DNA of 59,773 bases from Anaeramoeba ignava BMAN (taxonomy: Eukaryota; Protista; Anaeramoebae). Each line of letters starts with the position of its first letter. The first letter of the stretch is position 1. The notes under the pieces are model-generated. The model ran no database searches. It was not told where the DNA came from and saw only the letters and a list, made by a program, of their open reading frames with translations. Shown one piece after another: positions 1-11,572 of this stretch. The stretch spans positions 1 through 59,773 of the forward strand of contig JAPDFW010000035.1 in the NCBI GenBank assembly GCA_028826165.1. Direction: 5' to 3'. The position numbers were made by a program, and so were the translations under genes.

Positions 1-235
1 TTTGCTCTGAAATTCTTTCACTTAAATATTCTATTGCTTTTCCATTTTTAAAAAGGAAAATTGTTGCGAAATTGGTTACTAATGAAATTTGTTTAATTTG
101 TTTTTCATTTTCATTTTCATTTTCATTTTCATTTTCATTTTCAAATTTAAATTGAATTGGTTTTGTTATTTTATCTGGTTCATTTTTGAAAAGTTTTGGA
201 TGTTCATCAAAACCAAAAAATAAGCAATCATTCAT
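1..235 (-). CDS. RCC1-repeat/tandem-BTB protein, copy A (5' end only; runs off window)
   Basis: Manual translation from ATG at 235: MNDCLFFGFDEHPKLFKNEPDKITKPIQFKFENENE...KQIKQIS, the same N-terminus as the other copies. Confidence 0.85.
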   Translation of the reverse strand, partial: MNDCLFFGFDEHPKLFKNEPDKITKPIQFKFENENENENENENEKQIKQISLVTNFATIFLFKNGKAIEYLSERISEQ

Positions 236-279
236 TTTTGAAAATGAAAAAATAAAAAAATGAAAAAAATAATTTTTGA

Positions 280-1330
280 ATTTTAATTTTAATTTTAATT
301 TTAATTTTAATTTTAATTTTAATTTTAATTTTAATTTTAATTTTAATTTTAATTTTAATTTTGATTTTAATTTTAATTTTAATTTTAATTTTGATTTTAA
401 TTTTGAATTTTAATTTTAATTTTAATTTTAATTTTAATTTTAATTTTAATTTTAAATTTTAAAATTTTAATTTTGATTTTGATTTTGATTTTTGATTTTA
501 ATTTTGATTTTGAATTTAATTTTAATTTTGATTTTGATTTTAATTTTAATTTTAATTTTGATTTTGATTTTAATTTTAATTTTATTTTTAATTTTGATTT
601 TGATTTTAATTTTAATTTTTAATTTTAATTTTATTATAATTTTAATTTTAATTTTAATTTGATTTATTTTTAATTTTAATTTTATTTTTAATTTTGATTT
701 TAATTTTAATTTTGAATTTTATTTTTAATTTTAATTTTAATTTTAATTTTAAATTTTGATTTTGATTTTAATTTTTAATTTAAATTTTAATTTTAATTTT
801 AATTTTAATTTTAATTTTAATTTTAATTTTTTAATTTTAATTTTAATTTTAATTTTGATTTTAATTTTAAATTTTAATTTTAATTTTAAATTTTAAATTT
901 TGATTTTGATTTTAATTTAAATTTTAATTTTAATTTTAATTTTAATTTTAATTTTAATTTTGATTTTGATTTTAATTTTAATTTTAATTTTAATTTTAAT
1001 TTTAATTTTAATTTTAATTTTTATTTTTAATTTTAATTTTAATTTTAATTTTAATTTTAATTTTGATTTTGATTTTGATTTTAATTTTGATTTTGATTTT
1101 GATTTTAATTTTAATTTTAATTTTAATTTTGATTTTGATTTTAATTTTGATTTTAATTTTGATTTTGATTTTTGATTTTAATTTTAATTTTAATTTTAAT
1201 TTTAATTTTGATTTTAATTTTAATTTTAATTTTAATTTTTGATTTTTAATTTTAATTTTAATTTTAATTTTAATTTTAATTTTAATTTTAATTTTAATTT
1301 TAATTTTGATTTTTAATTTTAATTTTAATT
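280..1330. repeat. (TTTTAA/TTTTGA)n hexamer microsatellite spacer
   Basis: Directly visible; it explains the ILILIL/FNFNFD ORFs. Confidence 0.95.
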
Positions 1331-3092
1331 TTAATTTTGATTATTAAATTTGTTAATTAATAAATCAAATAAATTTGGATTTGTTTGATTTAATTGAAAA
1401 TAATCAATTCCTCTTTCTAATTCTTGAATAATTTCTTGTGTAATTTGAATTTCATCTTTAATTTGATTTGAATAAATCCAATATTCAAATATTTGAAATG
1501 ATTTATTACTTAATTCACTATAATCTGTAACTTTATTAGATTTATCATTTGTTACAGATAAAAACATTCCTCGATATAATTCACTTCTCATTATTAATAT
1601 TAATTTAGGAAATTTATATTGTTTTTCTTTTCTTTCAATTATAAAATCTTTTTCATTTTCATTTTCATTTAAATAAATTCTTTTCATTGTTTCTTCAATT
1701 TTTTCATTTAAATTTATAATTTCTTTAATTTCAGAATATAATTTTGGATTTATTTTGGAATTGTTTGAATAAATCATTTCAAATATTTGATTTGATTCTT
1801 TAATTGATTTTTGAAATAATTTCTTGAAGTTTTTCAATTTGATTTTCATTTTGATTTTGATTTAATCTATATTTCAATATTAATTTATGAGCTTCAATTA
1901 TTTCTCCATTTTCTGTTTTAAATGAAATATCACAAAATTCTTTTCTTTCAAATAATTTTATCAAATCTTCTTCAAGATTGGAAAAAGAAAGGAGAATAAT
2001 AAAGAAATGATTTGTTATATCCACAAGAAATATGATAATTAGAAATATCTTCATTAAATCTTAATTTAGGAAGTTCAATTTGAATTGGAATTGATTTATC
2101 ATTTGTATCTTCAGTTCTTAATTGACCATATCTATTACTTCCAAATCCAATTAGTTTTGAATTAGAAGTTAAAATCAAAGTATGAGAATGTCCAACAGAA
2201 AAATCAAGAATATTATCATTTTCAAATAAAGATGATTTGATTTCAGTAAATTCATAAGTATCATCTTCATTTTTGTCAAGTCCATTGAATATATAATCTC
2301 CACATGAATAAAGTTTTCTTTTTGGATTTTCATTTTGATCTTCTTCAATCAACATTATTGAATGATTAAATCCACATTGAATATCAATTATTTTGCCTTT
2401 TGGAATATTTTGGATTTTGGTTAATTTTTGGATTTTTTCTTCTTTTCTTGATTCTCCTAATCCAACTTGGCCATGGTAATTGAATCCGCATCCAAATAAT
2501 TCTTGATTTGAATTTAAAAGAAAAACACAATCAGAACAATTTCCTGAAAATATTTTAGAAACATTTTTCATCATTAAAATTGGTTTTTCTGTTTTTTTAA
2601 GTGTTTCAGAATCAAAACCAAGTTGACCATATGATTTGAACCAATTCCATAAACATTTTGATTTGAAGTTAATAAGTAAATTGAATATCCAGAAACAATA
2701 TCTTGAATTATTCTATCATTTTTATCTTCAATTAATGATGAAATATTGATAAATTCTTTTGTATTATTTGGATTAATATTTCTTCCTTTGGCAAATACAT
2801 TTCCTTCTTTTGTTAAAATAGCTTCATTTTCAAAACCAACAGATACTTTTTGAATATTTTCTTCAATTTGGATTTTTGAAGGATTTTCATTTGAATTATT
2901 TTCATTTAAATATTCTATTGCTTTTCCATTTTTAAAAAGGAAAATTGTTGAAAAATAACCTGATGAAATTTGTTTAATTTGTTTTTCATTTTCATTTTCA
3001 AATTTAAATTGAATTGATTTTTTTATTGAATTTTGTTTATTTTTGAAAAGTTTTGGGAATAGATTTAAACCAAAAAATATAATTTCATTCAT
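1331..3092 (-). pseudogene. RCC1-BTB-BTB copy B, three frameshifts (~2630, ~1985, ~1805); pseudogene or assembly indels
   Basis: ORFs 2574-3092, 1972-2574, 1800-2054 and 1331-1849 tile one full paralogue; GxNxxGQLG RCC1 motifs; FCDISF..IEAHKLIL BTB. Confidence 0.8.
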
Positions 3093-3196
3093 TTTTGAAA
3101 AGAAAAAAATGAAAAAAATAATTTTGAATTTTAATTTTAATTTTAATTTTAATTTTGATTTTAATTTTAATTTTGATTTTGATTTTAATTTTAATT

Positions 3197-4972
3197 TTAA
3201 TTTTTAAATTTGTTAATTAATAAATCAAATAAATTTGGATTTGTTTGATTTAATTGAAAATAATCAATTCCTCTTTCTAATTCTTGAATAATTTCTTGTG
3301 TAATTTGAATTTCATCTTTAATTTGATTTGAATAAATCCAATATTCAAATATTTGAAATGATTTATTACTTAATTCACTATAATCTGTAACTTTATTAGA
3401 TTTATCTTCAGTTACAGATAAAAACATTCCTCGATATAATTCACTTCTCATTATTAATATTAATTTTGGAAATTTATATTGTTTTTCTTTTCTTTCAATT
3501 ATAAAATCTTTTTCATTTTCATTTTCATTTAAATAAATTCTTTTCATTGTTTCTTCAATTTTTTCATTTGAATTTATAATTTCTTTAATTTCAGAATATA
3601 ATTTTGGATTTATAATTCTGTTTGAATAAATCATTTCAAATATTTGATTTGATTCTTTAATTGATTTTTTTGAAATAATTTCTTGAAGTTTTTCAATTTC
3701 ATTTTCATTTTCATCTTGATTTAATCTATATTTCAATATTAATTTATGAGCTTCAATTATTTCTCCATTTTTGGTTTTAAATGAAATATCACAAAATTCT
3801 TTTCTTTCAAATAATTTTATCAAATCTTCTTCAAGATTGGAAAAAGAAGAAAGAAAAGGAGAATAATAAAGAAATGATTTTCGATATCCACAAGAAATAT
3901 GATAATTATAAATTTCTTCATTAAATCTTAATTTAGGAAGTTCAATTTGAATTGGAATTGATTGGTTATTCGTATCTCTAGTTCCTAATTGATAATATTG
4001 ATTTAATCCAAATCCAATTAATTTTGAATTGGATGTTAAAATCAAAGTATGATCTCTTCCAACAGAAAAATCAAGAATAATATTATCATTTTCAAATAAA
4101 GATGATTTGATTTCAGTAAATTCATAAGTATCTTCATCTTCATTTTTGCCAAGTCCATTGTATCCAGAGCCTCCACATGAATAAAGTTTTCTTTTTGGAT
4201 TTTCATTTTCATTTTCAATCAACATTATTGAATGAAATAATCCACATTGAATATCAATTATTTTGCCTTTTGGAATATTTTGGATTTTGGTTAATTTATT
4301 AATTCGAATTTCTTTTGTTGATTTTCCTAATCCAAGTTGACCATGATTATTCCATCCACATCCAAATAATTCTTGATTTGAATTTAAAAGAAAAATATGA
4401 TATGAGATGATTCCTGAAAATATTTTAGAAACATTTTTCATCATTAAAATTGGTTTTTCTGTTTTTGGAAGTGTTTCAGAATCAAAACCAAGTTGACAAT
4501 TTTCATTTGAACCAATTCCATAAAAATTTTGATTTGAAGTTAATAAGTAAATTGATTGAGCAGAACAACCGATATCTTCAATTATTCTATCATTTTTATC
4601 TTCAATTAATGATGAAATATTGATAAATTCTTTTCGATTATTTGGATTAATATTTCTTCCTTTTGCAAATACATTTCCTTCTTTTGTTAAAATAGCTTTA
4701 TTTTGATAACTAACAGTTACTTTTTGAATATTTTCTTCAATTTGGATTTTTTCAGGATTTTGTTTTGAATCATTTTCACTTAAATATTCTATTGCTTTTC
4801 CATTTTCAAAAAGGAAAATTGCTCCAGAATAACTTGTTGAAATTTGTTTAATTTGTTTTTCATTTTCATTTTCATTTTCAAATTTAAATTGAATTGGTTT
4901 TGTTATTTCATTTGGTTTATTTTTGAAAAGTTTTGGGAATAGATTTAAACCAAAAAATATAATTTCATTCAT
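3197..4972 (-). CDS. RCC1-repeat/tandem-BTB protein, copy C (591 aa, intact)
   Basis: RCC1 blades (GWNNHGQLGLG, QCGLFHSIML, SVGRDHTLIL); two BTB-like domains (FCDISF..AHKLILKYR; KDFII..KLILIMRSELYRGMF). Confidence 0.92.
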   Translation of the reverse strand: MNEIIFFGLNLFPKLFKNKPNEITKPIQFKFENENENEKQIKQISTSYSGAIFLFENGKAIEYLSENDSKQNPEKIQIEENIQKVTVSYQNKAILTKEGNVFAKGRNINPNNRKEFINISSLIEDKNDRIIEDIGCSAQSIYLLTSNQNFYGIGSNENCQLGFDSETLPKTEKPILMMKNVSKIFSGIISYHIFLLNSNQELFGCGWNNHGQLGLGKSTKEIRINKLTKIQNIPKGKIIDIQCGLFHSIMLIENENENPKRKLYSCGGSGYNGLGKNEDEDTYEFTEIKSSLFENDNIILDFSVGRDHTLILTSNSKLIGFGLNQYYQLGTRDTNNQSIPIQIELPKLRFNEEIYNYHISCGYRKSFLYYSPFLSSFSNLEEDLIKLFERKEFCDISFKTKNGEIIEAHKLILKYRLNQDENENEIEKLQEIISKKSIKESNQIFEMIYSNRIINPKLYSEIKEIINSNEKIEETMKRIYLNENENEKDFIIERKEKQYKFPKLILIMRSELYRGMFLSVTEDKSNKVTDYSELSNKSFQIFEYWIYSNQIKDEIQITQEIIQELERGIDYFQLNQTNPNLFDLLINKFKN

Positions 4973-5009
4973 TTTTGAAAAGAAAAAAAATGAAAAAATG
5001 ATTTTTGAA

Positions 5010-5636
5010 TTTTTAATTTTAATTTTAATTTTAATTATAATTTTGATTTTAATTTTAATTTTGATTTTAATTTTAATTTTAATTTTAATTTTAATTTTAA
5101 TTTTAATTTTAATTTTAATTTTAATTTTAATTTTAATTTTAATTTTAATTTTAATTTTAATTTTAATTTTAATTTTAATTTTAATTTTAATTTTAATTTT
5201 AATTTTAATTTTAATTTTAATTTTGATTTTAATTTTGATTTTAATTTTTATTTTAATTTTAATTTTAATTTTAATTTTGATTTTAATTTTAATTTAAATT
5301 TTAATTTTAATTTTAATTTTAATTTTGATTTTAATTTTTAATTATAATTTTAATTTTGAATTTAATTTTAATTTTAATTTTAATTTTAATTTTGATTTTA
5401 ATTTTGATTTTAATTTTAATTTTTAATTTTAATTTTAATTTTAATTTTAATTTTTAATTTTAATTTTAATTTTGAATTTAATTTTAATTTTAATTTTAAT
5501 TTTAATTTTAATTTTAATTTTAATTTTAATTTTAATTTTAATTTTAATTTTTAATTTTAATTTTTAATTTTGATTTTAATTTTAATTTTGAATTTGATTT
5601 TGATTTTAATTTTAGTTTTTAATTTTAATTTTGATT
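5010..5636. repeat. (TTTTAA)n hexamer spacer
   Basis: Directly visible. Confidence 0.95.
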
Positions 5637-7406
5637 TTATTTTTGATTATTAAATTTGTTAATTAATAAATCAAATAAATTTGGATATGTTTGATTTAAT
5701 TGAAAATAATCAATTCCTGTTTCTAATTCATCAATTGTTTCTTTTGTAATTTGAATTTCATCTTTAATTTGATTTGAATAAATCCAATATTCAAATATTT
5801 GAAATGATTTATTACTTAATTCACTATAATCTGTAACTTTATTAGATTTATCTTCAGTTACAGATAAAAACATTCCTCGATATAATTCACTTCTCATTAT
5901 TAATATTAATTTAGGAAATTTATATTGTTTTTCTTTTCTTTCAATTATAAAATCTTTTTCATTTTCATTTTCATTTTCATTTAAATAAATTCTTTTCATT
6001 GTTTCTTCAATTTTTTCATTTGAATTTATAATTTCTTTAATTTCAGAATATAATTTTGGATTTATTTTGGAATTATTTGAATAAATCATTTCAAATATTT
6101 GATTTGATTCTTTAATTGATTTTTTTGAAATAATTTCTTGAAGTTTTTCAATTTGATTTTCATTTTGATTTAATCTATATTTCAATATTAATTTATGAGC
6201 TTCAATTATTTCTCCATTTTCGGTTTTAAATGAAATATCACAAAATTCTTTTCTTTCAAATAATTTTATCAAATCTTCTTCAAGATTGGAAAAAGAAGAA
6301 AGAAAAGGAGAATAATAAATAAATGATTTTTGATATCCACAAGAAATATGATAATTAGAAATATTTTCATTAAATCTTAATTTAGGAAGTTCAATTTGAA
6401 TTGGAATTAATTTATCATCTGTATTTTCAGTTCCTAATTGACCATATCTGTTATTTCCAAATCCTATTAATTTTGGTTTGGATGTTAAAATCAAAGTATG
6501 ATAACTTCCAACAGAAAAATCAAGAATAATATCATCATTTTCAAATAAAGATGATTTAATTTCAATAAATTCATAAGCATTTCCATTTTTGTCAAGTCCA
6601 TTAGATTGATAAGCTCCACATGAATAAAGTTTTCTTTTTGGATTTTCATTTTCATTTTCAATTAACATTATTGAATGAAATAATCCACATTGAATATCAA
6701 TTATTTTACCTTTTGGAATATTTTGGATTTGGGTTAATTTATTAATTTGAAATTCTTTTGTTGATTTTCCTAATCCAAGTTGACCATGATTATTCCATCC
6801 ACATCCAAATAATTCTTGATTTGAATTTAAAAGAAAAATATGATATGAGATGATTCCTGAAAATATTTTAGAAACATTTTTCATCATTAAAATTGGTTTT
6901 TCTGTTTTTTGAAGTGTTTCAGAATCAAAACCAAGTTGACAATTTCTATTTGAACCAATTCCATAAACATTTTGATTTGAAGTTAATAAGTAAATTGATT
7001 GAGCAGAACAACCGATATCTTGAATTATTCTATCATTTGTATCTTCAATTAATGATGAAATATTGATAAATTCTTTTGAATTATTTGGATTAATATTTCT
7101 TCCTTTGGCAAATACATTTCCTTCTATTGTTAAAATAGCTTTATTTTGATAACTAACAGTTACTTTTTGAATATTTTCAATTTGAATTTCTTTAGGATTT
7201 TGTTTTGAATTATTTTCATTTAAATATTCTATTGCTTTTCCATTTTCAAAAAGGAAAATTGCTCCAGAATAACTTGTTGAAATTTGTTTAATTTGTTTTT
7301 CATTTTCATTTTCAAATTTAAATTGAATTGGTTTTGTTATCTCATTTGGTTCATTTTTGAAAAGTTTTGGTTTTTCATTTAAACCAAAAAATAAGCAATC
7401 ATTCAT
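5637..7406 (-). CDS. RCC1-BTB-BTB copy D (589 aa, intact)
   Basis: Full-length ORF paralogous to copy C. Confidence 0.92.
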   Translation of the reverse strand: MNDCLFFGLNEKPKLFKNEPNEITKPIQFKFENENEKQIKQISTSYSGAIFLFENGKAIEYLNENNSKQNPKEIQIENIQKVTVSYQNKAILTIEGNVFAKGRNINPNNSKEFINISSLIEDTNDRIIQDIGCSAQSIYLLTSNQNVYGIGSNRNCQLGFDSETLQKTEKPILMMKNVSKIFSGIISYHIFLLNSNQELFGCGWNNHGQLGLGKSTKEFQINKLTQIQNIPKGKIIDIQCGLFHSIMLIENENENPKRKLYSCGAYQSNGLDKNGNAYEFIEIKSSLFENDDIILDFSVGSYHTLILTSKPKLIGFGNNRYGQLGTENTDDKLIPIQIELPKLRFNENISNYHISCGYQKSFIYYSPFLSSFSNLEEDLIKLFERKEFCDISFKTENGEIIEAHKLILKYRLNQNENQIEKLQEIISKKSIKESNQIFEMIYSNNSKINPKLYSEIKEIINSNEKIEETMKRIYLNENENENEKDFIIERKEKQYKFPKLILIMRSELYRGMFLSVTEDKSNKVTDYSELSNKSFQIFEYWIYSNQIKDEIQITKETIDELETGIDYFQLNQTYPNLFDLLINKFNNQK

Positions 7407-7632
7407 TTTTGAAAAGTAAAAAAATGAAAAAAATAATTTTGGATTTTAATTTTAATTTTGATTTTAATTTTGATTTTAATTTTAATTTTGATTTTAATTT
7501 TGATTTTAATTTTAATTTTGATTTTAATTTTAATTTTGATTTTAATTTTAATTTTAATTTTAATTTTAATTTTTAATTTTAATTTTAATTTTAATTTTAA
7601 TTTTAATTTTGATTTTAATTTTAATTTTAATT

Positions 7633-9435
7633 TTAATTTTGATTATTAAATTTGTTAATTAATAAATCAAATAAATTTGGATTTGTTTGATTTAATTGAA
7701 AATAATCAATTCCTCTTTCTAATTCTTGAATAATTTCTTGTGTAATTTGAATTTCATCTTTAATTTGATTTGAATAAATCCAATATTCAAATATTTGAAA
7801 TGATTTATTACTTAATTCACTATAATCTGTAACTTTATTAGATTTATCTTCTGTTACAGATAAAAACATTCCTCGATATAATTCACTTCTCATTATTAAT
7901 ATTAATTTTGGAAATTTATATTGTTTTTCTTTTCTTTCAATTATAAAATCTTTTTCATTTTCATTTTCATTTAAATAAATTCTTTTCATTGTTTCTTCAA
8001 TTTTTTCATTTGAATTTATAATTTCTTTAATTTCAGAATATAATTTTGGATTTATTTTGGAATTGTTTGAATAAATCATTTCAAATATTTGATTTGATTC
8101 TTTAATTGATTTTTTTGAAATAATTTCTTGAAGTTTTTCAATTTGATTTTCAATTTCAATTTGATTTAATCTATATTTCAATATTAATTTATGAGCTTCA
8201 ATTATTGAACCATTTTCTGTTTTAAATGAAATATCACAAAATTCTTTTCTTCTAAATAGTTTTATCAAATCTTCTTCAAGATTGGAAAAAGAAGAAAGAG
8301 AATAATAAAGAAATGATTTGTAATCACCACAAGAAACATGATAATTAGAAATATCTTCATTAAATCTTAATTTAGGAAGTTCAATTTGAATTGGAATTGA
8401 TTGATTATTTGTATCTCCAGTTCCTAATTGACCATGAGAATTATCTCCAAATCCAATTAATTTTGAATTAGAAGTTAAAATAAAAGTATGTTCAAACCCA
8501 ACAGAAAAATCAAGAATATCATCATTTTCAAATAAAGATGATTTGATTTCAGTAAATTCATAAGTATTTTCATCTTTGCCAAGTCCATTATATCGATGAT
8601 ATCCACATGAATAAAGTTTTCTTTTTGGATTTTCATTTTCATTTTCATTTTCATTTTCAATCAGCATTATTGAATGGAAATATCCACATTGAATATCAAT
8701 TATTTTACCTTTTGGAATATTTTGGATTTTGGTTAGATTTTGTATTGTTGCTTTTCCTAATTTTCTTGATTCTCCTAATCCAAGTTGACCATAAAAATTA
8801 TATCCACATTCAAATAATTCTTGATTTGAATTTAAAAGAAAAACAAAAGCTGAAGTATTTCCTGAAAATATTTTAGAAACATTTTTCATCATTAAAATTG
8901 GTTTTTCTGTTTTTTTAAGTGTTTCAGAATCAAAACCAAGTTGACAAAATTGATTTGAACCAATTCCATAAGCATTTTGATTTGAAGTTAATAAGTAAAT
9001 TGAACTATCTCCAGAAATAACATCTTCAATTATTCTATCATTTTTATCTTCAATTAATGATGAAATATTGATAAATTTATTTGGATTTTTTGGATTAATA
9101 TTTCTTCCTTTGGCAAATACATTTCCTTCTTTTGTTAAAATAGCTTCATTTCAACCAACAGTTACTTTTTGAATATTTTCTTCAATTTGGATTTTTTCAG
9201 GATTTTGATTTGAATCGTTTTCATTTAAATATTCTATTGCTTTTCCATTTTTAAAAAGGAAAATTGTTGAAAATAAACTTGATGAAATTTGTTTAATTTG
9301 TTTTTCATTTTCATTTTCATTTTCATTTTCATTTTGATTTTCAAATTTAAATTGAATTGGTTTTGTTATTGTATTTGATTCATTTTTGAAAAGAATTGGT
9401 TCTTGATTTGAACCAAAAAATAAAATTTCATTCAT
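7633..9435 (-). pseudogene. RCC1-BTB-BTB copy E, in-frame TGA at 9151-9153
   Basis: ORFs 9151-9435 and 7633-8892 are in the same frame, and the intervening sequence is homologous coding sequence. Confidence 0.8.
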
Positions 9436-9633
9436 TTTTGAAAAGAAAAAAAATGAAAAAATGATTTTGGAATTTTAATTTTAAATTTTAATTTTAATTT
9501 TGATTTTAATTTTAATTTTAATTTTGATTTTAATTTTAATTTTAATTTTAAATTTTAATTTTAATTTTAATTTTAATTTTAATTTTAATTTTAAATTTTA
9601 ATTTTGATTTTAATTTTAATTTTAATTTTAATT

Positions 9634-11445
9634 TTAATTTTGATTATTAAATTTATTAATTAATAAATCAAATAAATTTGGATTTGTTTGATTTAATTGA
9701 AAATAATCAATTCCTATTTGAATTTCATTAATTATTTCTTGTGTAATTTGAATTTCATCTTTAATTTGATTTGAATAAATCCAATATTCAAATATTTGAA
9801 ATGATTTATTACTTAATTCACTATAATCTGTAACTTTATTAGAAGTATCATTTGTAACAGATAAAAACATTCCTCGATATAATTCACTTCTCATTATTAA
9901 TATTAATTTTGGAAATTTATATTGTTTTTCTTTTCTTTCAATTATAAAATCTTTTTCATTTTCATTTTCATTTTCATTTTCATTTAAATAAATTCTTTTC
10001 ATTGTTTCTTCAATTTTTTCATTTGAATTTATAATTTCTTTAATTTCAGAATATAATTTTGGATTTATTTTGGAATTGTTTGAATAAATCATTTCAAATA
10101 TTTGATTTGATTCTTTAATTGATTTTTTTGAAATAATTTCTTGAAGTTTTTCAATTTGATTTTCATTTTGATTTTGATTTAATCTATATTTCAATATTAA
10201 TTTATGAGCTTCAATTATTTCTCCATTTTTGGTTTTAAATGAAATATCACAAAATTCTTTTCTTTGGAATAATTTTATCAAATCTTCTTCAAGATTGGAA
10301 AAAGGAGAAGGAGAGTAATAAAGAAATGATTTGTTATATCCACAAGAAATATGATAATTAGAAATATTTTCATTAAATCTTAATTCAGGAAGTTCAATTT
10401 GAATTGGAATTGATTTATTATTTGTATCTTCAGTTCTTAATTGACCATATCTATTATCTCCAAATCCAATTAATTTTGAATTAGAAGTTAAAATCAAAGT
10501 ATGATAACTTCCACAAGAAATTTCAAGAATATCATCATCATTTTCAAATAAAGATGATTTGATTTCAGTAAATTCATTTGTATATGGAGTTATTTTATTA
10601 AGTCCATTAAATGAAGAATATCCACACGAATAAAGTTTTCTTTTTGGATTTTCATTTTCATTTTCATTTTCAATCAACATTATTGAATGATGCAATCCAC
10701 ATTGAATATCAATTATTTTACCTTTTGGAATATTTTGGATTTTGGTTAGATTTTGTATTGTTGCTTTTCCTAATTTTCTTGATTCTCCTAATCCAAGTTG
10801 ACCATAAAAATTCCATCCGCATCCAAATAATTCTTGATTTGAATTTAAAAGAAAAACATGATTTGAAATATTTCCTGAAAATATTTTAGAAACATTTTTC
10901 ATCATTAAAATTGGTTTTTCTGTTTTTGAAAGTGTTTCAGAATCTAAACCAAGTTGACCAAATTGATTTGAACCAATTCCATAAGCATTTTGATTTGAAG
11001 TTAATAAGTAAATTGAACTATCTCCAGAAATAATATCTTCAATTATTCTATCATTTGTATCTTCAATTAATGATGAAATATTGATAAATTTATTTGGATT
11101 TTTTGGATTAATATTTCTTCCTTTGGCAAATACATTTCCTTCTTTTGTTAAAATAGCTTCATTTTCACCTCCAACAGTTACTTTTTGAATATTTTCTTCA
11201 ATTTGGATTTTTTCAGGATTTTGATTTGAATCATTTTCATTTAAATATTCTATTGCTTTTCCATTTTTAAAAAGGAAAATTGTTGAAAATAAACTTGATG
11301 AAATTTGTTTAATTTGTTTTTCATTTTCATTTTCATTTTCATTTTCATTTTCAAATTTAAATTGAATTGGTTTTGTTATTGTATTTGATTCATTTTTGAA
11401 AAGAATTGGTTCTTGATTTGAACCAAAAAATAAAATTTCATTCAT
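9634..11445 (-). CDS. RCC1-BTB-BTB copy F (603 aa, intact)
   Basis: Full-length ORF with RCC1 and BTB motifs. Confidence 0.92.
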   Translation of the reverse strand: MNEILFFGSNQEPILFKNESNTITKPIQFKFENENENENENEKQIKQISSSLFSTIFLFKNGKAIEYLNENDSNQNPEKIQIEENIQKVTVGGENEAILTKEGNVFAKGRNINPKNPNKFINISSLIEDTNDRIIEDIISGDSSIYLLTSNQNAYGIGSNQFGQLGLDSETLSKTEKPILMMKNVSKIFSGNISNHVFLLNSNQELFGCGWNFYGQLGLGESRKLGKATIQNLTKIQNIPKGKIIDIQCGLHHSIMLIENENENENPKRKLYSCGYSSFNGLNKITPYTNEFTEIKSSLFENDDDILEISCGSYHTLILTSNSKLIGFGDNRYGQLRTEDTNNKSIPIQIELPELRFNENISNYHISCGYNKSFLYYSPSPFSNLEEDLIKLFQRKEFCDISFKTKNGEIIEAHKLILKYRLNQNQNENQIEKLQEIISKKSIKESNQIFEMIYSNNSKINPKLYSEIKEIINSNEKIEETMKRIYLNENENENENEKDFIIERKEKQYKFPKLILIMRSELYRGMFLSVTNDTSNKVTDYSELSNKSFQIFEYWIYSNQIKDEIQITQEIINEIQIGIDYFQLNQTNPNLFDLLINKFNNQN

Positions 11446-11572
11446 TTTTGAAAAGAAAAAAAATGAAAAAAATGATTTTGGAATTTTGATTTTAATTTTA
11501 ATTTTAATTTTAATTTTAATTTTAATTTTAATTTTAATTTTTTTAATTTTAATTTTAATTTTAATTTTAATT

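Noticed and set aside
960-1175. ILILIL/FNFNFD, YKYK, KLFC and KLIF low-complexity ORFs here and at 4923, 7367, 19008, 27407, 38904, 44937-46222 and 46653-47234
   Set aside because: They are translations of stop-free frames of microsatellites, not genes
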